Positions 17,870 to 28,161 of a DNA stretch of 64,000 bases are shown piece after piece (positions within the stretch are counted from its first letter, which is position 1; each line of letters begins with the position of its first letter). The position numbers and the translations under genes were made by a program. The notes beneath the pieces are model-generated. The model did not search any database and was not told the origin of the DNA. It was given only the letters and a program-made list of their open reading frames with translations. The stretch is from Candidatus Berkelbacteria bacterium (lineage in GTDB: Bacteria; Patescibacteriota; UBA1384; JACPKC01). The stretch covers positions 7,654-71,653 of the forward strand of contig JACPKC010000007.1 of assembly GCA_016187225.1 (NCBI GenBank), read 5' to 3'.

Positions 17870-18012
17870 TGATCCACAAGTACTATATTGTACGCACACA
17901 CTCTCGAGGCGGCAAGGTTAAACAAAAGCATTGAAGGCGACCCGGCGCAAGGCCGGAATAAAGTGAATGAAGAAAATGACCGACTCCTCTTCACTGCGCG
18001 GAGAGTTTAGAA

Positions 18013-20343
18013 TTATTGACCTGTCGCGAGTGGCGTTCGATTAAGTTGCCGCTCAACTGAAGCAACCAGTTCGCGGGTCTTCCAAATTACGTCGGGATTA
18101 ACGGAGATGCTATTGATCCCGCGACGAACTAAAAATTCGGTAAATTCCGGATAGTTGCTTGGGGCTTGGCCACAAATAGAAACCGTGACCTTCTTTTTCC
18201 GGCACGCCTGAATAACATGCTCGATCGAGCGCAAAACTGCCGGATCGCGCTCATTAAAAGTGGCCGCTAAAGTTTCATTATCCCGATCCACTCCAAGTGT
18301 GAGTTGCGTCAAATCGTTTGAGCCAATCGAGACACCCTGCAGACCGATATCGAGGAACTCTTCGATCATAATCACGTTGCTCGGCACCTCGCACATCATA
18401 TACAGACGAAAAGTACGATCATAGGTCAGGCCAGATTTATCGACCATCGCCTTAACCTGTTTCATCTCATCGACCGTTCGCACAAATGGAATCATCAGAT
18501 AAAGATTTTCATAACCGCCCCGACCGCGCACCTCCTGAAGCGCCTCGAGTTCAGCGGCAAAAAGATCTGGGTCGGCGACATAACGCGCCGCGCCGCGATA
18601 ACCAATCATCGGATTTTCTTCATGCGGCTCAAACTCCGCACCGCCCTTCAAGCTCCGATACTCGTTGGTTTTAAAATCGGAAGCGCGATAAATCACTGGA
18701 TGCGGGTGAAAGGCGCGCGCAAATGTTGTCATGCCGGCGGCGAGTTTTTGCACATATTCAGCCCGCCGTCCAGTTTGAACCATTGCTTTAGGATGTTCGC
18801 CTAAAGTCGCGATCATAAATTCCGCCCGCAAAAGTCCAACGCCATCGACTGGCTCTTTGGCAATTTCCGCCGCTTTTTCCGGTGTTGCCAGATTCACCAT
18901 CAGTTTAGTAGCGGTTTTTGGCGCTGTCCTGGGATCGCGCGGATGCTTTTTAGAATCAACTTTTGAAGCCTCCTCGTGAGTCAGCCCGATCGCACCTTGA
19001 TAAATCTTGCCGTTGGCGCCATCAACTGTGATTGTTTGGCCCTCATGCAAAATATGCGTGGCGGTGCCCGTGCCAACAATTGCCGGAATCCCAAGTTCGC
19101 GCGAGACGATCGCGGCATGACTTGTCCGGCCACCCGCATCAGTTACAATCGCCGTCGCTCGCCGCATTGCCGGCACATAATCCGGACTCGTCATTTCGGC
19201 TACTAAAATATCGCCTTCTTTGACACGATCGATTTCCTCGGAAGATTTCAACACTCTCACCGTTCCCACGGCGATTCCGATACTCGCTCCGGTGCCAGTT
19301 AAGAGCGGCGGAGTTTTAATCTCCGCAACCGGCAATGGTTCAACGCCGGAACGAACGGGAATTTTCTTTTTTATAGTTGTCACGGGCCGAGACTGGACAA
19401 AAAAGATTTGATTCTTGGCAATCGCCCACTCGGTGTCCTGCGGAAACTGATAGTGAGCCTCAATTTGCTTGCCCAATTCTGACAGGGCAAGAATCTGCGT
19501 ATCGGTCAATTTTTGTTGAGTTTGCGCCTCGGCCGGAACTGCAAAATGCGCATTTTCCCCCTTCCCCTCGGTCTTGCTGATTTTCCAAGTTTGAGTGGCC
19601 ACTTCGCGTTCGAGAATTTCGAGGGGTTCTTTTTGAACTGTGTAGCGATCAGGCGTGAGCGAACCCGACACAACGGCTTCACCTAATCCCCAAGCAGCAT
19701 CAATCGTAATAACCGACTTATCACTTGTGAGTGGGTCGAGTGTAAAAAGAATGCCGGCAACTTCGGATTGAACCATCGCTTGAATCGGCACCGCGATCGC
19801 GACCTTGAGATGATCATATTTTTGAACCGATCGATAGTAAATTGCTCGGGCGCCAAACAAACTCGCCCAGGCCGCCCGAACCGCTTGCGCCACATTCGCG
19901 CCGCCCGAAACATTTAAGAAAGTCGCCTGCTGACCGGCAAAGCTGGCATCTGGTAAATCTTCGGCCGTTGCCGAGGATCTGACTGCCACATAGGCTGATC
20001 CGCCCGGGCGCAAGCGAAGTTCAGTATAGCGCTCGGTAATGATTGATTCTAAATCGCGATCAAACGGCGTATTCAAAATTTTCGCTTGGATTTCTTGAGC
20101 TTTTGCCTGAAGGGTTTTCGAATCCTCTGGGTCGAGAGAAGTTAAAGCTTGCTGGATATAACGATCGAGCTTATTGACTTGAATAAACTTGCGATAGGCC
20201 TCGGCCGTCACGATAAATCCAGGCGGCACCGGAATACCGGCCTGAACGAGCTCGCCAAGATTAGCGCCTTTGCCGCCCACTAAATCAACGTCAGTTTTGT
20301 CAACTTCCTCGAACCAGACAACCTTGGGTACTGGATTTGCCAT
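18013..20343 (-). CDS. ppsA: Phosphoenolpyruvate synthase
   Basis: VGGKGANLGE, VAVRSSATAEDLPDASFAGQQ, GGRTSHAAIVSRE (phospho-His), SIGSNDLTQ, ICGQAPS. Confidence 0.97.
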   Translation of the reverse strand: MANPVPKVVWFEEVDKTDVDLVGGKGANLGELVQAGIPVPPGFIVTAEAYRKFIQVNKLDRYIQQALTSLDPEDSKTLQAKAQEIQAKILNTPFDRDLESIITERYTELRLRPGGSAYVAVRSSATAEDLPDASFAGQQATFLNVSGGANVAQAVRAAWASLFGARAIYYRSVQKYDHLKVAIAVPIQAMVQSEVAGILFTLDPLTSDKSVITIDAAWGLGEAVVSGSLTPDRYTVQKEPLEILEREVATQTWKISKTEGKGENAHFAVPAEAQTQQKLTDTQILALSELGKQIEAHYQFPQDTEWAIAKNQIFFVQSRPVTTIKKKIPVRSGVEPLPVAEIKTPPLLTGTGASIGIAVGTVRVLKSSEEIDRVKEGDILVAEMTSPDYVPAMRRATAIVTDAGGRTSHAAIVSRELGIPAIVGTGTATHILHEGQTITVDGANGKIYQGAIGLTHEEASKVDSKKHPRDPRTAPKTATKLMVNLATPEKAAEIAKEPVDGVGLLRAEFMIATLGEHPKAMVQTGRRAEYVQKLAAGMTTFARAFHPHPVIYRASDFKTNEYRSLKGGAEFEPHEENPMIGYRGAARYVADPDLFAAELEALQEVRGRGGYENLYLMIPFVRTVDEMKQVKAMVDKSGLTYDRTFRLYMMCEVPSNVIMIEEFLDIGLQGVSIGSNDLTQLTLGVDRDNETLAATFNERDPAVLRSIEHVIQACRKKKVTVSICGQAPSNYPEFTEFLVRRGINSISVNPDVIWKTRELVASVERQLNRTPLATGQ

Positions 20344-20366
20344 ACCCCTCCTCGCACGAGCTATGC

Positions 20367-21434
20367 CTATTTTATCACAGAGTCAGTCTCTTCCTTGGGA
20401 GCAGCCGAAAGAGCTGATTGATTATGGACTTTTTCAATAATCAAGGCGCGCACCTTGGTCATGGCAGGCGGCTGATTTTCAAAGTAAGCGCGAGCGGCGT
20501 CTCGACCCTGGCCAAGCTTAATTTCACCCCACTGAAACCACGAGCCGGCTTTTTCCAAAATGCCATGTTCAACGCCAAGATCGAGAATATCGCCGGCGGC
20601 GCTGATGCCGCGCGGAAAAATTATCTCAAATTCGGCTTTAGTAAAGGGCGGGGCAACTTTATTTTTGACAACTTTGGCTCGCACGCGGTTGCCGATCACG
20701 CGATCGCCCTGCTTAAGCTGTTCCGTGCGACGAATTTCAATCCGAACCGATGAGTAAAACTTGAGCGCCATGCCGCCGGTTGTTGTTTCCGGATTGCCAA
20801 ACATCACACCGATTTTCATGCGGAGTTGATTGATAAATATAAGACAGGTTTTCGATTTTGAAACTGCCGCGGTGAGTTTGCGCAAAGCCTGACTCATTAA
20901 CCGTGCCTGAACACCCATCTGTGAATCACCCATCTCGCCTTCGATTTCTGAACGCGGCACCAAGGCCGCAACTGAATCAACGACAATCACGTCAATTGCA
21001 TTTGAGCGAATCAAGGTTTCGGCAATCTCAAGCGCTTGCTCGCCCGAATCAGGTTGGCTGACCAATAAATCTTCAAGTTTCAAACCAATGTTGCGCGCGT
21101 ATTCAGGGTTAAAGGCGTGCTCGGCATCGATAAAAGCCGCAAGTCCGCCCAGCTTTTGAGCTTCAGCCGTAATGTGCATCGCGAGTGTAGTTTTGCCCGA
21201 ACTCTCCGGCCCATAAATTTCGATAATGCGGCCCCGAGGCACGCCGCCAACGCCTAAAGCTAAATCCAGGCTTAGCGAACCAGTCGGGATAACCTGAACA
21301 TCGAGCTTGCGATTATCGCTTAAGGTTGTAATTGAACCCTTGCCAAACTGCTTTTCGATCGTTGCCAAAGCAACTTCAAGAGCTTGCCTCCGCGCTTGCG
21401 ATTCCGTTGCATCCGGAATCGAACTTTTGGTCAT
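20367..21434 (-). CDS. recA: Recombinase RecA
   Basis: [50 protein letters not shown]. Confidence 0.99.
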   Translation of the reverse strand: MTKSSIPDATESQARRQALEVALATIEKQFGKGSITTLSDNRKLDVQVIPTGSLSLDLALGVGGVPRGRIIEIYGPESSGKTTLAMHITAEAQKLGGLAAFIDAEHAFNPEYARNIGLKLEDLLVSQPDSGEQALEIAETLIRSNAIDVIVVDSVAALVPRSEIEGEMGDSQMGVQARLMSQALRKLTAAVSKSKTCLIFINQLRMKIGVMFGNPETTTGGMALKFYSSVRIEIRRTEQLKQGDRVIGNRVRAKVVKNKVAPPFTKAEFEIIFPRGISAAGDILDLGVEHGILEKAGSWFQWGEIKLGQGRDAARAYFENQPPAMTKVRALIIEKVHNQSALSAAPKEETDSVIK

Positions 21435-21504
21435 CTAAACTCCTTTTCTCATTAGAATTAATCACTCGCAGATACTACCCAAATGAATCTATATATGAGC
21501 GTGG

Positions 21505-22353
21505 CTATTCCACAACGATTACCTTAATCCTCGCCTTCTCGCCCGGACTATGCAGGCCCAATCGATATTTCTTTATGTTATTAGGAATCTCGACTGTTCC
21601 CGACTCTAACCACTGTTCTTTATAATAACGTAGCTTTCCTATACTCTCTAGCAGTTCTTGCCCTGACTCAAGTACAGGTATTATTTTCCCTCCGAGTCTC
21701 AAGTATTGAAGATCCCTAATTGTCAACAGTACCAAAACAAGCATTGCCGATAACATGACAATAAGTAGCTGAAAGAACAACTGATTCGTGCTTATGTAAA
21801 AAAGGCAGAATAAAATAATAGCCACAAGACTTATAAGCACGATCCATTGACCATTTGTTAGTTTTTCTTTCGCAATCGTGGAATTTTTATTTCGTACTTC
21901 TTCAATCGATTGCAGTGTTGCAAACATGTTTGCATAAGTAGAACTCACGCTGTGTGCCTTAAGACCATAGATGACGTCATAGATATTATTGAATTGTAGC
22001 ATTGTACCTTTGTAGGCATAATCGTAGTTATTAAGATCTCCCTCGAAGGAAGCAATATAATAGTCATCAATTGCATCACTAATTTTATTAGCGAATGGTT
22101 CACCAAATACCTTGGCCATTTTAAACAACGAAAAAAAGTAAGCGTCCTCATCAGACACTAAACTTCGCATCGTACTATATCGATCATTAAGCCTAGAGAT
22201 GAAAAAGCCAGAGAAAATTGCGAATAGAAAAGAAGAGATCGTAAGAATAGTCTCAACAATCGATGTTGAACCCACCCCATGAATGTAGATTGCTAGGACA
22301 CCGAAAAACAATGCCGAAATGATACTGCCCGTGACCGCGTCTATGTATTTCAT
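21505..22353 (-). CDS. Hypothetical membrane protein (2+2 TM topology), AT-rich
   Basis: 282 aa ORF, two N-terminal and two C-terminal TM helices around a helical loop. Confidence 0.75.
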   Translation of the reverse strand: MKYIDAVTGSIISALFFGVLAIYIHGVGSTSIVETILTISSFLFAIFSGFFISRLNDRYSTMRSLVSDEDAYFFSLFKMAKVFGEPFANKISDAIDDYYIASFEGDLNNYDYAYKGTMLQFNNIYDVIYGLKAHSVSSTYANMFATLQSIEEVRNKNSTIAKEKLTNGQWIVLISLVAIILFCLFYISTNQLFFQLLIVMLSAMLVLVLLTIRDLQYLRLGGKIIPVLESGQELLESIGKLRYYKEQWLESGTVEIPNNIKKYRLGLHSPGEKARIKVIVVE

Positions 22354-22571
22354 ACATAAAGTATATCATCAGAGACTACTGGAAAACACACTCCGTACTG
22401 GTTCTGCATAGCACCCTGTCACTGCTGGGTAACGGCCACCTGGTAGCGATATCTGTTTTGCTTTTTGGCCCGGACAGGTATTGCCCGAACCTTTTTTATA
22501 ACAAGAAACTTTCCCACTTTCATCATTACGAGCCGAAGAAATTATCTCCCTCCGAGTCCGAGAATGCTAAT

Positions 22572-23804
22572 ATGGGAGGGATTGGAGGGAGAGTGTTGCT
22601 ATTTCTTCAGAATAGACCCGGGTTTGCCCGAATACTTTTCATCGGGGTGGTAAGTGTTGCTGTTGTACTCGGTCTCTTACTTATCACCGGACATGCCAAG
22701 GCAGCGGTGTTGATACAGAAGGGTGATACGCTGATGAACCAAGGTCAGTATCAGGCAGCTAAAGTTGCATACGAGGAAGCCGAGCGCTACTGGTCATTTC
22801 AGAAAGCCGAGCTCAGACCAAAAATTGAGCAGGTGAAGACGCTCATTGCCCAAGACGTCGCGTTTGCCGAGGGTGACGCCCAGCGGGCAACAGGCGAGTG
22901 GCAAGCGTGCGTGAATGCGTTTTCCCAGGTCACTGAAGCGCATGCCAACTACAACGCGGCTTCGGCCGCTGTAACCGAGTTCACCAGCAATCTCACTCCT
23001 GTCCCAGCCGCAAATACTAAATCAGCATCGAATACACCAGCCAAGAAAATGACGACGAAGACGACAACCGTACCAGCGGCGTCCGAATCAGCGCCGACAC
23101 CAGTGCCAGAGACTCCTTCCTCGACGGAGTCGTCGAATAACTCAACCCCGGAACAGACTGTCAGCGAGGCGTCTGAACCAGTAGAAGAGCAACAGCAATC
23201 ATCGACGCCGTCCTGTACTTCCAATACCAACCCAAGCTTTACCCACCACATTACTGATTTAGGCTTGGTTGCCAAGGTGGTCAGTCCGCCCACGAAGGCC
23301 GGAACAGATCTCAAACCCCATGGCTACGTCGATACACAGTTAACCAGTGCGCCGGTCTACGCGCCGATCGCGGCCACACTCGAGAGTGGCGCCTTCTATC
23401 AAGAGGGGAACCCCGACGGCGAATATCTCCTCGTCTTCAAGGCGAGTTGCGAGGTCACATTCCGGTTCGACCACATAACAAACCCAATCCAAGTCGTCAA
23501 AGACGCTTTTCCGACGAAGCAATCCCACACCCGGACAAATGCACCGGCGAGCGCCGTCTCGTTCATGGCCGGCGAACAGATCGGCACGACTACCGGCACC
23601 ATTGACGGCATCTGGGACTTTGGCGTCTACAATTCAAGTACGTCCAATCGCTACGCCGACGATCCAATCTACAACTGGAGCAGTAACGCAACGACAGCGG
23701 TCTGCCCATGGAGCTACTATTCGACAAGTATGTACGCCCAATACAGCGCACTCTTTGGGAGCCTCGGCGGCAACCCACCCGACGGTGAGCCGTTCTGTTC
23801 GTAA
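22572..23804 (+). CDS. Membrane-anchored surface protein: TPR-like helices, Ser/Thr/Pro linker, Cys-containing C-terminal domain weakly resembling an M23-like fold
   Basis: Long ORF with N-terminal TM helix; PVYAP and AGEQIG resemble barrel-sandwich signatures; start uncertain (22572 or GTG 22593). Confidence 0.7.
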   Translation: MGGIGGRVLLFLQNRPGFARILFIGVVSVAVVLGLLLITGHAKAAVLIQKGDTLMNQGQYQAAKVAYEEAERYWSFQKAELRPKIEQVKTLIAQDVAFAEGDAQRATGEWQACVNAFSQVTEAHANYNAASAAVTEFTSNLTPVPAANTKSASNTPAKKMTTKTTTVPAASESAPTPVPETPSSTESSNNSTPEQTVSEASEPVEEQQQSSTPSCTSNTNPSFTHHITDLGLVAKVVSPPTKAGTDLKPHGYVDTQLTSAPVYAPIAATLESGAFYQEGNPDGEYLLVFKASCEVTFRFDHITNPIQVVKDAFPTKQSHTRTNAPASAVSFMAGEQIGTTTGTIDGIWDFGVYNSSTSNRYADDPIYNWSSNATTAVCPWSYYSTSMYAQYSALFGSLGGNPPDGEPFCS

Positions 23805-23849
23805 CGGCGCGACGAGCATGACAATGATCCTATTCGGGATCTAGAGTAA

Positions 23850-23880
23850 TAAAAAAAGAGACCTAATTTTAGGTCTCTCT
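23850..23880. terminator. Intrinsic terminator between convergent genes
   Basis: A-tract followed by the AGAGACCTAA-TT-TTAGGTCTCT stem. Confidence 0.75.
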
Positions 23881-23890
23881 ACGAGGGGCG

Positions 23891-24736
23891 CTAATGCCAA
23901 AAAATGACATCCTCGCCCCAAAAATTCTCGACGAAATCTTTTAAAATGGTCGGCTTTCCGACCTTGCCCTCGCGGAGCGCGCGCAGAGCCTTTGCCTCGA
24001 TCTGGCGCACGCGCTCTTTGCGAATTCCGAGCTCGGTCGCAACCTCGAGATAAGTTCTCGACTGGCTCCCCCGAAGCCCGCGGCTGGCTTGCCAGGGCTC
24101 AAGACCGACCCGCCAAGCAAGCACCTTGTACTCGCGCTCGGTCAAGAGCGCGCGCAGGGCGCTGACCATCGCCTCGCCCCGCCCCGCGACGATTGGAACG
24201 AGAAGTCGCCTATGCTGTTCGACGACGAACTCTCGCTTCTGTTCATGGAATTGGTGCACAGAGGCAGGCAATTCTCCGTCAGTCAACATTTGCTTGATCC
24301 AGGCAAGGTGGATCTGATGGTACTCACCACCATAGCTGGCGGCCGACACGATCCGATAGATCGCGCTAAGCGGATAAGGCAACGCCTTGACAAGCGCCTC
24401 CCACCATAGGTCCATATCCATGCACCAGGTGAAAATGACCACGTCGTGCCGGCATGAATCTAGATCGATATCGATCTCTTTGAAGAGCATATTGGCCAAC
24501 TTGTAATTCCTACTTTGCCCATACTCTGCCTGGAGCCAGGCGCCGAACATTCGTCGCCATCGGTCCTTTTCCGACACTTTGGGCAGTTCCGACACGCCCA
24601 GCTCCTGGCGCACGATCTTGGCGATGGTGACAGGGGACTTGGGCGCCTCAATGTTCCCCTCTTGCATGACGCTCGGTATCTGGGCAATCGGAATGCCCGC
24701 CGTGAAAAGATTCGCCATCATTTTGTGATTTTCCAT
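23891..24736 (-). CDS. Orphan protein with a C-terminal sigma-70 region 4 HTH
   Basis: LTEREYKVLAWRVGL...RTYLEVATELGIRKERVRQIEAKALRALR; AGGAGG RBS; no region 2 visible. Confidence 0.8.
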   Translation of the reverse strand: MENHKMMANLFTAGIPIAQIPSVMQEGNIEAPKSPVTIAKIVRQELGVSELPKVSEKDRWRRMFGAWLQAEYGQSRNYKLANMLFKEIDIDLDSCRHDVVIFTWCMDMDLWWEALVKALPYPLSAIYRIVSAASYGGEYHQIHLAWIKQMLTDGELPASVHQFHEQKREFVVEQHRRLLVPIVAGRGEAMVSALRALLTEREYKVLAWRVGLEPWQASRGLRGSQSRTYLEVATELGIRKERVRQIEAKALRALREGKVGKPTILKDFVENFWGEDVIFWH

Positions 24737-24762
24737 TTTTTTAATTCCTCCTAATCAAATTA

Positions 24763-24816
24763 TCCCTAGAATCTAGGGAACTAAAACTTCTACCACCAAA
24801 GAGGGTGGCCTGTCAA
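24763..24816 (-). promoter_or_regulatory. Putative promoter and palindromic operator of the sigma-R4 gene
   Basis: Minus-strand TTGACA (24816-24811)-N18-TAGAAG; perfect palindrome TCCCTAGA-A-TCTAGGGA at 24763-24779. Confidence 0.45.
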
Positions 24817-24842
24817 GCGCGTAGCTTCGGCCAAGCGCTTGT

Positions 24843-25559
24843 TTAGCGTGGAATATCCGCTAGAAGCTGAAGGGTTTTGATAGTTTCTTTTTCAGCCTTA
24901 TTTTTCGCCGCAATTTCAATTGTATTGACGCCGTCGATTAAACTTACAGCCTCGCGAAAGTGACCGTCTTGATTAACTGTAACGGGTTGATCGTTAATAC
25001 GTAACTCCGCGCCTGGATCGGTAATACCGGCAACTTCAACCTCTTGCACTGAAACTGAAAGGGCTGAACCAGGCGTGACGATCTCAAGCGGCGGGGCGGC
25101 AGCAAAACTGGCAACCTGAAACCACATATAACCCAAAACACCCAACACGAATAGACTCAAAGCGCTTCCCCAAATAATTTCGGGAGTGATATGCCATTGG
25201 CGACGCCGTTCGATCAACTCATCGGCGCTGTGTGGACGCAGAAGGGTTGCCTGCGTTTTAGCCGAAACGCGAACGCTTTGAGTTTGGACATAGCTTGCGA
25301 GCTCGACCTCGTAGGCAGTCAGCGCGCTCTCGGGTTTCAACCCAAGATAGACGGCGTAGCGCGTCAAAAAACCGCGCACATAAACGCGGGCTGGCAATTT
25401 ATGATAGTGCCCCAGTTCAAGCGCTTCCAAGTGACGCATTGGTACTTTTGTCTCGGTCTCGGCAGTGCGTAATTCAATATGCCTACGCTTCCGCGCCTTC
25501 AAAAGTTTGGCTCCCAAAGTTTGAGAGCTTGCAATCCGTTTTTTGCGAAAAGGAGTCAT
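24843..25559 (-). CDS. RodZ-like HTH-TM protein with a C-terminal Ig-like domain
   Basis: LGAKLLKAR...LEALELG...LPARVYVRGFL..YAVYLGL, TM helix, GVNTIEI; downstream of ftsK. Confidence 0.85.
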   Translation of the reverse strand: MTPFRKKRIASSQTLGAKLLKARKRRHIELRTAETETKVPMRHLEALELGHYHKLPARVYVRGFLTRYAVYLGLKPESALTAYEVELASYVQTQSVRVSAKTQATLLRPHSADELIERRRQWHITPEIIWGSALSLFVLGVLGYMWFQVASFAAAPPLEIVTPGSALSVSVQEVEVAGITDPGAELRINDQPVTVNQDGHFREAVSLIDGVNTIEIAAKNKAEKETIKTLQLLADIPR

Positions 25560-25658
25560 CTTCGGGTTTTTGAGCGTTAAAATAAATAGAGTTAAAAGCT
25601 AACTTCAGAATTATTGTAACGCAGATTGTTTAATCAATATCTGTTGATAAGTAAAAGT

Positions 25659-25967
25659 CTACCTTTGTTTTCGGGTATGTGAAACAAGACGGTCGTGAAT
25701 ATCGAGCATGCTCTGTTGAGCTTCTTGTCGTCGTTTAATTACAGACACATCATCTTGAAGATTGGAAACATCTTGCTTGAGATCGGAGACATCGGCTTTC
25801 AAGACAGAAACATCTTGCTTAACTGCTGACATATCTTCTTGAAGACAGATAAGTTTTTCTCCGTGCTCTACGAGTACCTCATTGATTGCGGCAAAGAACG
25901 GCTCAAGCGCCACGATGATTTGTTGAAGCTGTTCCTGGCTGAAGGCTGATTCATGTGGTTTTGGCAT
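25659..25967 (-). CDS. Small coiled-coil protein with heptad repeats
   Basis: EDMSAVK-QDVSVLK-ADVSDLK-QDVSNLQ-DDVSVIK. Confidence 0.75.
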   Translation of the reverse strand: MPKPHESAFSQEQLQQIIVALEPFFAAINEVLVEHGEKLICLQEDMSAVKQDVSVLKADVSDLKQDVSNLQDDVSVIKRRQEAQQSMLDIHDRLVSHTRKQR

Positions 25968-25989
25968 AAAACTACTCTATCACTAATTT

Positions 25990-28110
25990 TCAAAAAGTAT
26001 CGGGTGGTGGAGTGCGAACTGGTGGTGATTGATGAGTGGTTGGGAAGTTGCCGCCGCCAAGCGTTTCTAGACCAATAAGAACATCACGTGGCTTGGCGCC
26101 ATCGGGCGGACCGATGGCGCCTTGTTGCTCGAGTAAATCCAAAAGGCGCGCCGCGCGGGCATAACCAATCCGTAAACGCCTCTGCAAGAGCGAGGCGCTC
26201 GCTTTGCCAGCTTGCACGACCACGGTTTTTGCCTCGCCAAATAAATCGTCGTCGATGGCGCTCTGGCCACCCGCGCCAGCGCCCACTGCCCGAGGCGCAA
26301 AATTTTCGATCTCTTCATCGTATTGAGGCGGCGCCAGTTGTTTAAGAAATTCCGTCACGCCGTCGATCTCTTTTTCAGTGACAAAACAACCCTGAACACG
26401 ACGCGGTTTGCCAACATATTCATTCGAGAGAAAAAGCATGTCTCCGTTGCCAAGGAGTTTTTCGGCGCCGGCAATATCAATAATGGTGCGCGAATCAATT
26501 TGACTTGCGACCGCAAAAGCCATGCGCGTGGTGATATTCGCCTTGATGAGACCAGTGATAACATCCACGCTTGGCCGTTGCGTTGCCACTACTAGATGAA
26601 TGCCGACCGCGCGCGCCATTTGCGCGAGGCGCACAATCGCACCCTCCACTTCCTTGGCAGACTGTTGCATGAGGTCGGCTAATTCATCGATGATAATAAC
26701 GATATACGGCAGAGGCGAGTCTTTGTGTTTGGCGTTGTAGCTTGCAATATCGCGACTGCCAACCTCTTGAAGCTGATGATAGCGCCGTTCCATCTCAACA
26801 ATTGACCATTTGAGCGTGTTGACAGTTTTATCCGGCTCGGTGACAACTGGAGCGAGAAGATGTGGCACGGCATTATATTGAGTGAACTCAACTCGCTTCG
26901 GATCAATCAGTAAGAGGCGCAAGTCGCGCGGCGTATTTTGATATAAAAGTGTTGTGATAATAGTGTTGATGGCAATGGACTTACCCGAACCAGTTGCGCC
27001 GGCAATTAAGAGATGAGGCATCCTTTTAAGATCAACCGCCACCGGCGCGCCAGCGGCGTCTCGCCCGAGCGCCAAGGTCAAATTCGATTTCACACTCTTA
27101 AAATGATCCGTTTCGAGCACCTCGCGCAAGGTGACGATCGCAGGCACTTTATTCGGCACTTCGATGCCAACCAGTGATTTACCAGAAATCGGCGCCTCGA
27201 TGCGAATCGAGGGCGCCGCGAGCGAAAGCGCCAAATCATTAGCCCGGGCCGTAATTTGATTGAGTTTAATTCCTTCGGTTGGCTTGAGTGTGTATTGCGT
27301 GACCGTTGGGCCGATATTGACATCGCCCATTGCTACCTCAATTCCAAAATCCTTGAGCGCTTTTTCAATGATCTCAACATTTTTGACCACATTCCCGGCA
27401 GTGGCTTTGCCGGTTGGCAAATTTAAAAGCTCAAAAGGCGGAAACTCCCAATCGCCAACCGGAGTCGCGATGACTGGCTTAGCAGTCGCGCTCGCTGAAT
27501 TCGGCATCTGTGAAACTTGCATGCTACCTCGCGCGCCGGCCAAGCGATCGCGCACTGCTTGAAAAACTGAAACGCGCGCATTGCCGGCGGCCGATGTATC
27601 GTGGATTTGCGGCTCCTCGCCTTTACTCGTAAAAACAAGTTCAAAGAGAGATTTCAACGAGGTGTTAAAAATAAGCAACAGACTCGCAAGCACGAGAAAT
27701 GCGAGCGCCAGCGCACCTGCGATTTCACCAAAAAATTGAGTGAACAACGCTGAAATTTCAGTCCCGATCAAACCGCCAAACGGACTCAAGAGCCCAGGTA
27801 AAAAAGTAAAGAGAAAGATCACGCCGAGCAATAAACCCCAGCGAATTGCAAAACGACTTGGGTTCCAAAGAACTAGACCGATTCCCAAAAAGACAACTGG
27901 GATTAAGTAGCTCACCGGCCCAAAAAGTTTACTGAAAAAACTTGTCAGATTAGCGCCAATTGCGCCGGCGCCGCCAAAAAGAGCCAGTAAACCGATCAAG
28001 CCAACAACTATAAAAAGCGTCGCCACGACCTCACGGAGTGTATCGGGATTCACCGACCAATCAAAGTAGGCAAAAACTGATTGTTTGCGCCGACGGCGAC
28101 GACGAGCCAT
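25990..28110 (-). CDS. ftsK: DNA translocase FtsK/SpoIIIE
   Basis: 4TM N-terminus, PHLLIAGATGSGKS, IDELADLM, ATQRPS, gamma domain LQRRLRIGYARAARL. Confidence 0.97.
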   Translation of the reverse strand: MARRRRRRKQSVFAYFDWSVNPDTLREVVATLFIVVGLIGLLALFGGAGAIGANLTSFFSKLFGPVSYLIPVVFLGIGLVLWNPSRFAIRWGLLLGVIFLFTFLPGLLSPFGGLIGTEISALFTQFFGEIAGALALAFLVLASLLLIFNTSLKSLFELVFTSKGEEPQIHDTSAAGNARVSVFQAVRDRLAGARGSMQVSQMPNSASATAKPVIATPVGDWEFPPFELLNLPTGKATAGNVVKNVEIIEKALKDFGIEVAMGDVNIGPTVTQYTLKPTEGIKLNQITARANDLALSLAAPSIRIEAPISGKSLVGIEVPNKVPAIVTLREVLETDHFKSVKSNLTLALGRDAAGAPVAVDLKRMPHLLIAGATGSGKSIAINTIITTLLYQNTPRDLRLLLIDPKRVEFTQYNAVPHLLAPVVTEPDKTVNTLKWSIVEMERRYHQLQEVGSRDIASYNAKHKDSPLPYIVIIIDELADLMQQSAKEVEGAIVRLAQMARAVGIHLVVATQRPSVDVITGLIKANITTRMAFAVASQIDSRTIIDIAGAEKLLGNGDMLFLSNEYVGKPRRVQGCFVTEKEIDGVTEFLKQLAPPQYDEEIENFAPRAVGAGAGGQSAIDDDLFGEAKTVVVQAGKASASLLQRRLRIGYARAARLLDLLEQQGAIGPPDGAKPRDVLIGLETLGGGNFPTTHQSPPVRTPPPDTF

Positions 28111-28161
28111 AACCCTCCAGGTTTATTTATCTTAAAGCGTAAAGTGGAAAGCGTAAAGTGA

